The position numbers and the translations under genes are program-made. Below are positions 1 through 10,087 of a stretch of DNA of 20,000 bases, in pieces. Location of the stretch: positions 49,814 to 69,813 of the forward strand of contig NW_013546678.1 of NCBI RefSeq assembly GCF_000760515.2, read 5' to 3'. The stretch is from Mitosporidium daphniae. Its lineage: Eukaryota. Numbering within the stretch: the stretch's first letter is position 1; the number at the start of each line of letters is the position of its first letter. The notes beneath the pieces were generated by a model. That model searched no databases, was not told the origin of the DNA, and worked only from the letters and a program-made list of their open reading frames with translations.

Positions 1-2
1 TT

Positions 3-203
3 GGACGTCCCGGATATGTCAACTATCGTGAAAAACGGTTCTCTTCGTCGATGAAGCTTACGATGAGATATTATCCCCACGTGCACAACTTGGACGGATT
101 TTATGTGGCCAGGTTTATCAAAACATCTTGTTTTCCAAACCCAGCAGGTAGAAATGTCCAGACCGAGGCGTTGGCGGCCCGTGATGAAGGGAAATCCCAG
201 TGA
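3..203 (+). CDS. NOP2: 3' end (partial) of the nucleolar 25S rRNA m5C methyltransferase Nop2/NSUN1
   Basis: The frame starting at 3 reads GRPGYVNYREKRFSSSMKLTMRYYPHVHNLDGFYVARFIK..., ending at TGA 201-203. This matches the Nop2 motif F..yRgk.F.ps.kl.RRyYPH.hN.DGFfVAK. The ORF is not in the provided track. Confidence 0.88.
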   Translation, partial: GRPGYVNYREKRFSSSMKLTMRYYPHVHNLDGFYVARFIKTSCFPNPAGRNVQTEALAARDEGKSQ

Positions 204-315
204 CACGTGTACACCGAATTGCAGTAAATTATTTTCCTTATTTCGTTATTTGTAATTTTGTAATCGCACATTTTGGTAACGCAAATTTTCATCGTTCAAC
301 CACTTGGCGCGTGTG

Positions 316-1301
316 ATGGCGGCAGTTGACGAGGCCAAGTTAAACTCGTTTTTGCACAAAGTCGTCACTGATGATGCTGCTTTGGCTTTGATATGCGTAT
401 GTATGTTCACGCCTAATTCTGGTAGTCTGGCCCGACCGCCGTTCCACTAGAGCAAAATACGATCAGATTGCTTGATAACATATCAACCGGCCAGCGCGGC
501 GCTGTCTCGGCAGAGTATTTCCTTGCAATGGGATACTATGTGATTTTCTTCCATCGGACCAATACAAAGTTGCCCTTCATAAGGCAAGTGACCAGCGAAG
601 ATATTTCGTCTTTTGCAGGTACGCATTTCAGCGCTCATCAAAGTGGACCAAACCAACAACACGCTACATTGCACCCCGATCGTAATTGAGGCGCTTTTGA
701 AAAGGAAAAAATATGCAGACCGAATGCTCCTGTTTTCGTTTTTTTCTTTCCATCAGTATCAAGCAGGGTTGGAGATCATTTGCACACACGCCCATCGCTT
801 GATGCGGTCAAAGCTGCTCATTTTCCTTGCTGCCGCCGTATCTGACTTTACGCCCAGTGATGTCCCGTTGCACAAAATCAACTCATCAGTGGCAGATTTA
901 TCTGAAAATCTGACGATAACGCTCAAGCCAACTCCAAAAGTTGTTCAACAAATAACCTCCTCTTGGGCGCCGACGTCAATGATTGTTTCTTTCAAGGTAA
1001 CGCGTTTCCCCAATCACCTTAGCTTGAAACCGACAAATCCATTTTGAAGCAAAAAGCCATTGGTGCTCTTGAAAAATACAGGTGCTCAGCCATAATAGCA
1101 AATCACCTGCCATCGATCAGGAGCAAAATGATGCTGATATGGAAAAAGACCACTTTTCCCACTTTACATTGCCATCAAAAGGGGGCTGAAGTGAATGGCA
1201 ATGACGATTGTTTTGTTTTCCGCGAAATTGATGTCGAAAATGGAGACATTGAAGAACCCATGGTCAATCTGCTAGTCCAGCTGCATAGTGCGTTTTTATA
1301 A
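316..1301 (+). CDS. PPCS: Phosphopantothenate--cysteine ligase (CoA biosynthesis); 4 exons, introns 397-425, 619-643, 997-1022
   Basis: The spliced product has [60 protein letters not shown] and VSFK|LETD..IL, all eukaryotic PPCS/Cab2 motifs. GT-AG introns restore the frame; 619-643 is the least certain (alternative 588-618). Confidence 0.9.
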
Positions 1302-1393
1302 GCAATTTTGTAAATTCCTACGACCACTTTGATTGCCCCGTTAAATTACAATGCCATTTATAATAAATTTCAAGTTCAGCAAATTAATTAAAA

Positions 1394-1956
1394 ATGCAGT
1401 CTCTTGCCCCTGGCGTCACCGTGCGTCCAATGGGCGGGCGCTCCCTCACCGCTCACCAGGAGGAGGACGCCTCCCATTTATCACTCGGCACAGATTTCCA
1501 GAATGCACACACGCTTTTCAATGCAGAGGTGGCCATTTTGCTGAAACAAGTCCAGCACGATCGGCAGCAAATGGCAGAAAACAATGCATATGGCCTTCAA
1601 GGCCACCAAGCGGGCGCATCACCGCCAGTGCCGCTGTAGCCGTCGTTATGCCTTTATGTTTATAGGGTTTTGTCAAAAACACACACTTACGCCTCCACAT
1701 TTTCGCGATTTGGCCATCGAGAAATGACCCAACATATACGCCGCATCTTGTATGCCACTGGAAAGCTGGCCGAATTTGAAATGGCCCAGCTGGCAAATTT
1801 GTGTCCCGAGACCGCAGAAGAGGCCAAGACGCTTATTCCAAGGTATCCTTATTTGCCTTGTCTTTTCGTAGCTTACAGGAAAAGTTCCGGGATGACGACG
1901 ATCTCCAGGCTCTTTTGGAACAGATTGCAAGTGCTCGTAAAATGCAGGCTTTTTAA
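1394..1956 (+). CDS. RPB4: RNA polymerase II subunit Rpb4; introns 1636-1665 and 1843-1871
   Basis: Motifs EEDASHLSLGTDFQNAHTLFNAEVAILL and KTHTYASTFSRF...LAEFEMAQLANLCPETAEEAKTLIP|SLQEKFRDDDDLQALLEQI, with TAA at 1954-1956. Confidence 0.93.
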
Positions 1957-2024
1957 ACTTTACGGTTGTAAAATAAAATTCATAATTTACTCTTTTTTCT
2001 TTTACACTTGCGCGATTTCCCCTG

Positions 2025-5000
2025 ATGTCGGCGTGTGGGTTAGTTTCTTCGCTACCGCAACAAAGCTCTTTGCCTGTTTTGAAAACAGCGGCCATTCCAG
2101 ACGATATCAGCTGTCCATTTGGAACCGTGAAAAGAGAACATGGAAATAAGTATCCATCTTCTGAGGGTTCTTATGGTACACTTATCCACAAGCTTGTGGA
2201 ACCCCACATTGCCTCCTTCAATGCGATCACAGATCAATCGCTTTTGGAAAACGGCGTCAAAAATCTAGAAATGCGCGTCATTTATGACGCTTCCAAAACC
2301 CATTATCTCAAAATGTGGATAGAGGATGTTCAGCTTGGAAAGCCGATGCTACCAGAAAAAGAGACCTTCTCTCTCGATCGAGGCCTATATCCGAGCGAGT
2401 GCCGCCAACGAGGAATCACTTATGAGGCAAAGCTTATGGCCAAAATATGCTTCCAAATGGATGATGATGGCCCGATACACTTTTATACCCGCCATTTGGG
2501 CGATTTTCCTATCATGGTTCGTTCAAATCGTTGCCATTTGGAAGGCCTCTCTCCGGTGGATCTCATTGCTCGGCATGAGGAGAGTGAAGAAATGGGCGGC
2601 TATTTTATTGTAAATGGGATTGAGCGTCTGATTAGGCTGCTTGTTGTAACAAGACGCAATTATCCTCTTGCAGTGGTCAGATCGTCCTTTTTGAAAAAAG
2701 GACCGTCCTATACGCATTTTGGCGTGCTCATCAGATGTGTACGGGACGACACAACCTCGCAAACGATCACCCTTCATTATCTTTCCGATGTCGGCATCAC
2801 AGTTAGATTTTCACACCTCAAACAGGAATACCTGGTTCCAGTGCTGCTTATATTGCGGGCGCTGGCTCCACTCTCTGATAAGCAGATTTTTGAGGGAGTC
2901 GTTCAAGGTGATTTTGATGATACTACCCTTGTCGGGCAGATGGAGGCTCTGTTAAGAGCGCACCGGACCACCAATCTCTACTCGCAAGACTCGTGCTTAC
3001 AATATCTTGGTGCTCGCTTTCAGGCTGTTTTCAGATATGATGATCGCTTGAGTGAGCGGGAAATCGGTGAACTCGTTATTCGTCGTATGCTCTTTGTGCA
3101 TTTGGAGGATGGTAGAGAAAAGGTTTCTCTGCTGCTTTTGATGATCCGAAAGCTTCTGGCTCTGGTTGGAAATAAAATCATTCCAGATAACCCCGATTCT
3201 CTTATGAACCACGAAATCCTACTTCCCGGCCATCTTCTCGCTTCATATTTGAAAGAAAAGCTCGATGAACTTTTAGGTTCCGCTCGCACGGTCCTTCTTC
3301 AAGACCAACAGCGGGGAGCATCTTGGTCCTCTGACGCCTTTTCTCCGGAAAGCCCTACTTCTGCCACCGATAAGTTCTGCCGTCGTCTTTTTTCCAAATT
3401 GAATTTGGACATCGGGAAAAAAATTCGCTACTTTCTGGGAACCGGTAATATGCCTTCTTCTGGAGGAATGGACCTTCAACAAGTCACTGGATATACGGTG
3501 GTTGCTGAGCGTTTAAACTACCTCCGCTATTTGTCTCATTTCCGAAGTGTTCATCGAGGCTCTTTTTTTGCGACCCTCAAAACCACAACGGTTCGAAAAC
3601 TGCTTCCTGAATCTTGGGGTTTCTTGTGCCCAGTACATACACCTGACGGTGCTCCATGCGGTTTGCTGAACCATCTCACCCACACCTGCTCCATCGTTAG
3701 TGGGGATGGAGAAGAAAATAACCCAACAGATCGTGTTCGTGCCATTGCCTCCGTGCTTGTTGGCTTGGGTGTCACTCAGCTTGAAGCCGGTGCTGCTTTT
3801 CTCCCAAAATCTTATGGAGCCCATTGTGTCTTGCTGGATGGATGTCTTATTGGCTATGCTTCGTTTTCTCAGCTTACCACAATGGTGAGCCAGCTTCGCC
3901 AAATGAAAGGAAATGGTATCGTTCCCGCTCACATGGAAATTGTACTGATCTTACAGGCGCCTAAAAAAGGCCTCTTTCCAGGGCTCTTTCTGTTCACCAC
4001 GCCATCTCGTCTTATGAGGCCCGTTTATCGCATCGAGGGAGCGGATTTGAAGAAAAAGGAAGCTCACAAATTGGAGCTTATTGGCACTTTTGAGCAAGTG
4101 TTTCTCAATATTGCTCTTCAAGGGGAAGAATATGGATCCGGTGATCCATCAACAGGGCTTCCAGCGACGCTTGCAGCAGCGGTGTTACCTACTCACGTCG
4201 AGGGGGTACCTACAAACATCCTTTCAGTGGTGGCCAATTTAACCCCATTTTGCGACTTTAACCAATCGCCGCGTAACATGTATCAGTGCCAGATGGCAAA
4301 GCAATCCATGGGAACCCCTCTGCACGCATTTCCTTTTCGCTCAGATAGCAAGCTTTATCGGCTGCAATCCGGGCAATCACCGGTCGTTAGACCCTCCCTT
4401 TTCAACACCTACCAAATGGATAGCCACCCAAATGGTGCAAATGCTGTAGTTGCCGTGATTTCTTATACAGGCTATGATATGGAAGATGCAATGATCATCA
4501 ACAAGAGCTCATTTGAGCGCGGTTTTGGGAATGGCTCCATTTACAAGAGCGAGCTTATCGATTTAAAAGATCACATCTCGGCTGATGACGACGGCTCGTC
4601 TCTTCGGATCTTTGCCTGCACCGATATGGATCTCATAAATGGCGGCCTATTAGACCACGACGGGTTTCCTCCAGTGGGGCGGCTTTTACGGCCAGGCGAT
4701 CCCTTTTGTTCTACTGCTCTTTTAGCCCACAGTACGTCGGAAGACCCGAACTCTGAAATGGGGATTAGTGATGAAAATGTGATTCGGTGGAAAGCAGCAG
4801 GCCTTGAAGAAGCATATGTCGAAAGTGTGCGCCTGATGGGCGATGCCGCCGGTCTTGGGCCTGCTCGAAGAGCTCTCATAGTGCTTCGTATTCCGCGGCC
4901 CCCGGTGATTGGCGACAAATTCTCTTCGCGCCACGGCCAGAAAGGTGTTTGCTCCCAAAAATGGCCTCTCATTGATATGCCTTTCAGTGAACATGGACTC

Positions 5001-5681
5001 ACTCCCGACATCATCATTAACCCCCACGCCTTCCCCTCTCGTATGACGATTGGAATGTTCGTGGAAAGTATGGCTGGCAAAGCTGGCTGTCTTCATGGCA
5101 CTTCCCAAGATGCCACGCCATTTCGTCTTACAGGCGTGGCCGTAGAGTGTTTTGGAGATGCCTTAAAAAAAGCCGGCTTTTCATACTATGGCAATGAACC
5201 GATGTATTCTGGCGTTTTCGGTAACGAACTTGCCGCAGACATTTTTATTGGCGTTGTATATTACCAGCGCTTGAGACACATGGTGTCGGATAAGTTTCAA
5301 GTGCGCACTACAGGTCCCGTTCATAATCTCACCCGGCAGCCCATCAAGGGGCGGAAGCGTGCCGGTGGTATCCGATTTGGAGAGATGGAGCGAGATTCGC
5401 TTCTTGCGAATGGCACTGCTTTTCTGCTACATGATCGTCTGATGAACTGCTCAGACTATACCCAAATGCACGCTTGTGTCAAATGCGGCGATATTCTCTC
5501 CATCCTTGCGCCTTCGCGCAAATCACATGGCCACGAATTCAATCTCAAATGTACGGGATGCGGTGCAAGTGGTGCCTCCAATATTGTAGTCGTTGCCTTG
5601 CCCTATGTATATCGATACCTTGTCAGTGAACTCATGGTAATGAATGTCCGATTGAAGATGGACCTGACTTCTGCCTGCTAA
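2025..5681 (+). CDS. RPA2: RNA polymerase I second-largest subunit (1218 aa, no introns evident)
   Basis: Motifs PHIASFN, YPSECRQRGITY, GGYFIVNGIE, SHFRSVHRGSFF, VRKLLPESWGFLCPVHTPDGAPCGLLNHL, DFNQSPRNMYQCQMAKQ, GYDMEDA, GDKFSSRHGQKG, GGIRFGEMERD and a C-terminal CxxC...CxxC. These are the Pol I (Rpa135)-type variants. Confidence 0.97.
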   Translation: MSACGLVSSLPQQSSLPVLKTAAIPDDISCPFGTVKREHGNKYPSSEGSYGTLIHKLVEPHIASFNAITDQSLLENGVKNLEMRVIYDASKTHYLKMWIEDVQLGKPMLPEKETFSLDRGLYPSECRQRGITYEAKLMAKICFQMDDDGPIHFYTRHLGDFPIMVRSNRCHLEGLSPVDLIARHEESEEMGGYFIVNGIERLIRLLVVTRRNYPLAVVRSSFLKKGPSYTHFGVLIRCVRDDTTSQTITLHYLSDVGITVRFSHLKQEYLVPVLLILRALAPLSDKQIFEGVVQGDFDDTTLVGQMEALLRAHRTTNLYSQDSCLQYLGARFQAVFRYDDRLSEREIGELVIRRMLFVHLEDGREKVSLLLLMIRKLLALVGNKIIPDNPDSLMNHEILLPGHLLASYLKEKLDELLGSARTVLLQDQQRGASWSSDAFSPESPTSATDKFCRRLFSKLNLDIGKKIRYFLGTGNMPSSGGMDLQQVTGYTVVAERLNYLRYLSHFRSVHRGSFFATLKTTTVRKLLPESWGFLCPVHTPDGAPCGLLNHLTHTCSIVSGDGEENNPTDRVRAIASVLVGLGVTQLEAGAAFLPKSYGAHCVLLDGCLIGYASFSQLTTMVSQLRQMKGNGIVPAHMEIVLILQAPKKGLFPGLFLFTTPSRLMRPVYRIEGADLKKKEAHKLELIGTFEQVFLNIALQGEEYGSGDPSTGLPATLAAAVLPTHVEGVPTNILSVVANLTPFCDFNQSPRNMYQCQMAKQSMGTPLHAFPFRSDSKLYRLQSGQSPVVRPSLFNTYQMDSHPNGANAVVAVISYTGYDMEDAMIINKSSFERGFGNGSIYKSELIDLKDHISADDDGSSLRIFACTDMDLINGGLLDHDGFPPVGRLLRPGDPFCSTALLAHSTSEDPNSEMGISDENVIRWKAAGLEEAYVESVRLMGDAAGLGPARRALIVLRIPRPPVIGDKFSSRHGQKGVCSQKWPLIDMPFSEHGLTPDIIINPHAFPSRMTIGMFVESMAGKAGCLHGTSQDATPFRLTGVAVECFGDALKKAGFSYYGNEPMYSGVFGNELAADIFIGVVYYQRLRHMVSDKFQVRTTGPVHNLTRQPIKGRKRAGGIRFGEMERDSLLANGTAFLLHDRLMNCSDYTQMHACVKCGDILSILAPSRKSHGHEFNLKCTGCGASGASNIVVVALPYVYRYLVSELMVMNVRLKMDLTSAC

Positions 5682-5974
5682 CTTATTTCTATTTAATGAA
5701 CCGCCATTGGTCAGTAAACAATTTCGTTTTGTAATTTACCGGCGACAGCTTAATTTAGTTGGCACAAATTGCCTTTGCAATGCTGCAATTTAAATGCTCA
5801 AAATGCCAATATATGCATGCTGGACAGGGGGCCGCATCAGCCTAGATGCAAACGAAATTTGCTTCATTTAAAAACGGCCCATGCTCAACTCAATTTTCAA
5901 TTTTAGTGATAACTTTTGCCGCGTCATAAATAGCTGCGCTTGGCTGGCCACAAAATACCACAATACAAGGCGGC

Positions 5975-6768
5975 TCATTGGGATGCTACAAGAACGGCAA
6001 GCTGCTCAAAAGACAGCAGCCCGGTGCCCAGCTTTCTAACAGAGGATATCTCATCATCAGACGACCGTGTTAAAAAAAGCTGTGCATCAGATATAGACTC
6101 CTCCTCGATCGTAGGATCGGCAGCAAGAATGTTGTTTACCTGAAGCGTCAAAAGCAAAAGCTTACCATGATGGTGTATTTGAGGCTCGGAAATGCCGGTA
6201 TCGAAAGTGGGACCAAATCCTCGGGGTAAATGCCGCCAACATCGCTAATGCTCTTGGGAAGGCGCGTGGATGAAAGAGCGGCGGCAAGCGAGTCGAAAGC
6301 TGCTTCGAAAATATTCCCTGCATCGTTGAGAACCTGATGGGGAAAAGATCGCATACGTACCATGACATCTGCATTCAAGTGCCAGTATCCAGTGGAGCTT
6401 CCCACTTGGAATTCCCGCATGGAGGCATAAGCCGATGTGAGGAGCTCTTGCAGAAGCGCACATTTTGCTGCTATTGTCTCGGGCTGGAAAATTTTGGCCG
6501 ATGGTGCGCTAATGATAACACCAACACAAACTTACTAGTCTACCAGGAATTGGATCGGCGTTGGCTGTTCGCAAAATTTGGCCTGTATGGCGATCAGAAT
6601 GCTTGTCCCATCAATGGTAATCGAGGCAGAGCCCGGTGTGTGTTTGAGGGTATTGACGGAAATCATGGATTGCCGCTTTTGCATCAGAGAACGCCCGTCG
6701 ACGCGCACCCCCGAGACAAACCCGGACCGGTAATAGCAGATTTCTGAAAGCGAGAGGGGCAACGACAT
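5975..6768 (-). CDS. RRP42: Exosome RNase PH-like core subunit, Rrp42/EXOSC7-like; introns 6509-6535, 6334-6360, 6140-6165
   Basis: N-terminus LSLSEICYYRSGFVSGVRVDGRS...GSASITIDGTSILIAIQA, then WHLNADVM|VLNDAGNIFEA...AALSSTRLP and AADPTIEEE...SVRKLGTG. The N-terminus fits Rrp42 better than Rrp43 or Rrp45. The stop at 5975 may be bypassed by a further unresolved intron. Confidence 0.78.
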
Positions 6769-6828
6769 TTATTACGTGAAACTGCAATTAAAAATTAATT
6801 TTACCGGCTTTTAGTATTTATTGGGAAC

Positions 6829-7335
6829 ATGTCCGATAATGAGGTCGATATGCATGGCTTTCACGAGGACGAAGAGCCCATCATGGACGAGGAAGAAGAA
6901 CCGACACACGAAAGCGAGCAAATGTTTCGCGACGAATCAAAGGAGTCTGGATTCGAAGCATCGCTGCTTGCAACAGACCCGACCGCATCTACCCATTTGA
7001 TAGAGCTGCCGGCATCCACAGCCTCATCTTCCTCGTTTACCGGCTATACGACCACATTGCTTCCAATTGAAAAGCGCATAACGACCAGGTACATGACCAA
7101 GTATGAGCGAGCTCGGCTCCTCGGTACACGAGCTCTGCAGCTCAGGTGCGATCCAATCTCATTTATTCCTAGTATGAATGCACCGCCGATGGTCGAGCTT
7201 GAAGGAGAGACAGACCCGCTACAAATCGCAATGAAGGAGCTTCGAGAACGAAAGATCCCGTTTCTGATCCGGCGATACCTTCCCGACCGTTCGTACGAAG
7301 ACTGGGCCGTGGACGAGCTGCTGATGGATTTTTAA
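6829..7335 (+). CDS. RPB6: Shared RNA polymerase I/II/III subunit Rpb6 (RPABC2); in-frame intron 7146-7172
   Basis: Acidic N-terminus followed by [66 protein letters not shown]. Removing the 27-nt GT-AG segment restores the conserved ALQlSmnAP. Confidence 0.96.
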   Translation: MSDNEVDMHGFHEDEEPIMDEEEEPTHESEQMFRDESKESGFEASLLATDPTASTHLIELPASTASSSSFTGYTTTLLPIEKRITTRYMTKYERARLLGTRALQLRCDPISFIPSMNAPPMVELEGETDPLQIAMKELRERKIPFLIRRYLPDRSYEDWAVDELLMDF

Positions 7336-7446
7336 TACACAATGCCGATGCTCGTCTATGTGACCAAATTATTGTGTTGTAGGTCTCTTTCTCTATTAAT
7401 TATTTGTTGGCCAGCTAGTTGGCATGCATCCCCTGCTCGGGAGCCA

Positions 7447-8500
7447 TTATGTGGGGGCCGAGGCCCTTGCATAGTCTTCGTTCCAGTGTAGACGGGCCGA
7501 AAGCGAGTCAAACCATTCAATTGTCTGGGTAGAAGTTGAGTTGCTCGGTGCCGTAAGTAGAGGTAGCGGCCACGAAGAGCGGCCAATTATAATTCTATCC
7601 CCTTTCCTTAGCTCAATTCTACTGCGCCCATCAAATGAGACCTAAAATAAGGAAATCCCGCTTTACCCAGGCGCTTTCGGAGCGGCAATTTTCGGCCAGC
7701 GAGATGGAAAGTATCTCCTCCAATGGCAGAACAATTGGGCGGAACGAAAGAGAATGGGCACAGATGGGCGTGAGAAGCATTGCTTTGAGCGTGGGATGAA
7801 TGATCGGGCCTCCAGCAGACATCTATGGCCGTTAGAAAGTCTCGTGTACAGAATAGGCAGTCGATCCTGTGGGCGTGGCCACTATCACACCATCGGCAGA
7901 TATTATCGACAACAAACGGTAAAAAGGCTCCTCTGCGTCACACGAGGTCGCCGCTCGATTGAAAGATGCCTCTGTCATGCGAGATGCAGCATGCAACTCC
8001 AGCTTCAGTAGGCCGCCATAGGCGCCTTTATCGACCACACATTCATTAAGGACATGAAAAAGACGGGAACAATCGCCAGTTCGATAGATAATCTTGCAGC
8101 ACAGGCGCATTCGCTCCGAAATAGATGGCAGGTTTAAAGGGACCTTTAAAAGCAATTCAAATGTCGACGAAAGGTCCCATAGTGTTAGGAAGCCGAGCGT
8201 ACCTCGGAGGAAAATCGGTAGGATCGGTGGTATAGGCGGACCTTGGAATTGCCACGCGGCATTTAAAACTGTACCATCGCCGCCGATGGCGAGCACAAGA
8301 TCCAGGTTTTGTAACTGCTCGCAACCAGGATCCCATGTCTCTAAATGAATATTGTGGCAGGACGAGGGTGCAATGCAAAACGAAGTGGGCACATACGCCA
8401 CCAGAGAAGTATATGTGATGATGCTGTCGAGCTGCAAAATAAACTCTGTGCTCATTCTGATCGTTTCTGCATCGTCCTTACACATGATGAGAATGTTCAT
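7447..8500 (-). CDS. NAD(H) kinase (Utr1/Yef1/Pos5 family); introns 7823-7849 and 7642-7666
   Basis: Motifs [75 protein letters not shown] and EWFDSL..RLHWN, with TAA at 7447. The first ATG is at 8500 (the track starts at a TTG). Confidence 0.93.
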
Positions 8501-8646
8501 CTTGCATGCAAGAAAGCACAAATCACCAAGATTTGATGCGAACCCCAATTAGGGTTAGGAGTCTGGAAATAACCCGAAAATTTAGTTGCTGTTATTTGTA
8601 AATTAATAAACGCACAAATCTGACTTGTAATTTAATAAATTTCTAC

Positions 8647-9999
8647 ATGAGCCAGATGTCCATGGCCACAGGCAATGCTGGTGAGCAGAAGCGCTCGTCC
8701 ATTCTGCAAAAGCTGCAGGAGATGCATGTGGCATCTACTGATGCAGAGATGCTCACAGAATATATCCTTGTTCTTATTGCTTCCAGAAAATCATCGCAAG
8801 AGATGACTGCAGAGCTAGCGGTATTTTTGGAGGGCGGGAACAGCGCTGCAGAAAAGCTGGTTTCGTGGCTAACACCGGCTGGGCAGTCTATGGACATGGA
8901 GCAGGGAATCTCAGATGGTGCGATTCAGAGCCGAGTAGAGGGCACTTCCAATAAGCAGCCAGGGGAATTTTCTCAAAAGGATCACTCAAACTATCACCAT
9001 CGCGAACGAAATCGCAGTGATCGTAGGGAAGGCTCTCGCGAAAAGGCATATCGTCGCAGAGAATCGCCTCCGGAGCGATACAGAGGCAGATGGGATGGTC
9101 CAACAGAAAGACTTCGTTCCCGGTCCAAAAATGTCTCGTTCACTGTTTCTTTGGATAACGGCCCCTCTTCATCCTCCTCCGCCCCTTATCGTCGTTCTTC
9201 ACATGCAAGACAACGCAGCCGATCTATTGATCGGCACGAAGATACACGGCGAATTCGACGAGACCAGTCCCTGCCGAAATCGAAAAAGTTTTCCGTCATC
9301 TCCGATGAAACCGCCGAAGCCGACAGTTGTTCTGCGACTCTTTTCAAGAAATCGATTCCTTGTCTCTATTATCCAAAGTGCAACCTTGGGGACGCGTGCC
9401 CCTATTCCCATGATGACTCCCTCGCCAAAAAAAGAGAGGACGGCACATCTGCCGATCCATCTGTTCAAATAAAGTCCGCAATGCCATGCAGATTTGATCA
9501 TCTTTGCAAGAACGTCGCCTGTCCATATGTGCATTCATCGCCGGCGGCGCTGAGTGTTTCCACGCGAGGCCAATCTGGAGCATCTACAGAAATCTGCCGG
9601 TACTATCCGTGGTGTGGCCGCGGCGACGCCTGTGCATATGCCCACCCAGCTATTCCGACAATACCTACGCCACATCATCCCTTGACCCCTCAAAACAGAC
9701 CCGCCGTGCCCTGTAGGTATGGTCCTATTTGTGCCCGAGTTGATTGCATTTTTCTGCACCCCACTTCGGATGCCCCGTCAACACCGTGCCGCTTTGGATC
9801 TGTTTGTGCTCGGCCCTTTTGCATGCAACGACACGATGATGCAATGCCCCCCTCTTCGGCTCCCCTGATTTCAATGGATACCATTGATAAGAAGCAGGCA
9901 CCGTCTGGAGAGAGATTTTCTTCTGCCAGCCAAGTAACAATGACATCGCCTCCGGGCTCGCCATTTCTCTTGGCCCTCTCAGATGGCGGTGAATTATGA
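8647..9999 (+). CDS. NAB2: Nuclear poly(A)-binding protein Nab2/ZC3H14-like (PWI-like N-terminus, R/S-rich linker, 5 CCCH zinc fingers)
   Basis: DAEMLTEYILVLIASRKSSQEMTAELAVFL...KLVSWL is a PWI-like domain. The five fingers are CLYYPKC..CPYSH, CRFDHLC..CPYVH, CRYYPWC..CAYAH, CRYGPIC..CIFLH and CRFGSVC..CMQRH. Confidence 0.85.
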   Translation: MSQMSMATGNAGEQKRSSILQKLQEMHVASTDAEMLTEYILVLIASRKSSQEMTAELAVFLEGGNSAAEKLVSWLTPAGQSMDMEQGISDGAIQSRVEGTSNKQPGEFSQKDHSNYHHRERNRSDRREGSREKAYRRRESPPERYRGRWDGPTERLRSRSKNVSFTVSLDNGPSSSSSAPYRRSSHARQRSRSIDRHEDTRRIRRDQSLPKSKKFSVISDETAEADSCSATLFKKSIPCLYYPKCNLGDACPYSHDDSLAKKREDGTSADPSVQIKSAMPCRFDHLCKNVACPYVHSSPAALSVSTRGQSGASTEICRYYPWCGRGDACAYAHPAIPTIPTPHHPLTPQNRPAVPCRYGPICARVDCIFLHPTSDAPSTPCRFGSVCARPFCMQRHDDAMPPSSAPLISMDTIDKKQAPSGERFSSASQVTMTSPPGSPFLLALSDGGEL

Positions 10000-10029
10000 A
10001 ATAAATAAGATGACAAGCAAACAGGGCAT

Positions 10030-10087
10030 TTTGGCCGCTCATGTTGCTTGACATGGCCTTTGGCCGCTCATGTTGCTTGACATGGCT
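10030..10087. repeat. Two-copy 29-bp tandem direct repeat
   Basis: TTTGGCCGCTCATGTTGCTTGACATGGC(C/T) at 10030-10058 and 10059-10087, 28/29 identical. Each copy contains CATGT...ACATG inverted arms. Confidence 0.95.

Noticed and set aside
426..500. Bacterial origin of PPCS, suggested by SGPT resembling CoaBC AGPT
   Set aside because: The surrounding motifs (VPLE.NT.R.LDN.STG.RG, SFKLETD) are of the eukaryotic type and the gene has introns.
584..618. GC-AG intron in PPCS (AG|GCAAGT)
   Set aside because: Splicing it leads into a frame that soon hits a stop, whereas GT-AG 619-643 restores the frame.
4732..4768. Possible intron in RPA2 starting GTACGTCG
   Set aside because: It is 37 nt, so removal would frameshift an intact conserved ORF.
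4571..5108. Antisense and alternate-frame ORFs in the track (e.g. 4571-5080, 12010-12504, 10593-11087, 9017-9472)
   Set aside because: They overlap well-supported genes, mostly start at non-ATG codons and show no recognisable motifs, so they are treated as shadow ORFs.
10030..10087. 29-bp repeat as a CRISPR array
   Set aside because: Only two directly adjacent copies with no spacer, no cas genes, and a eukaryotic context.
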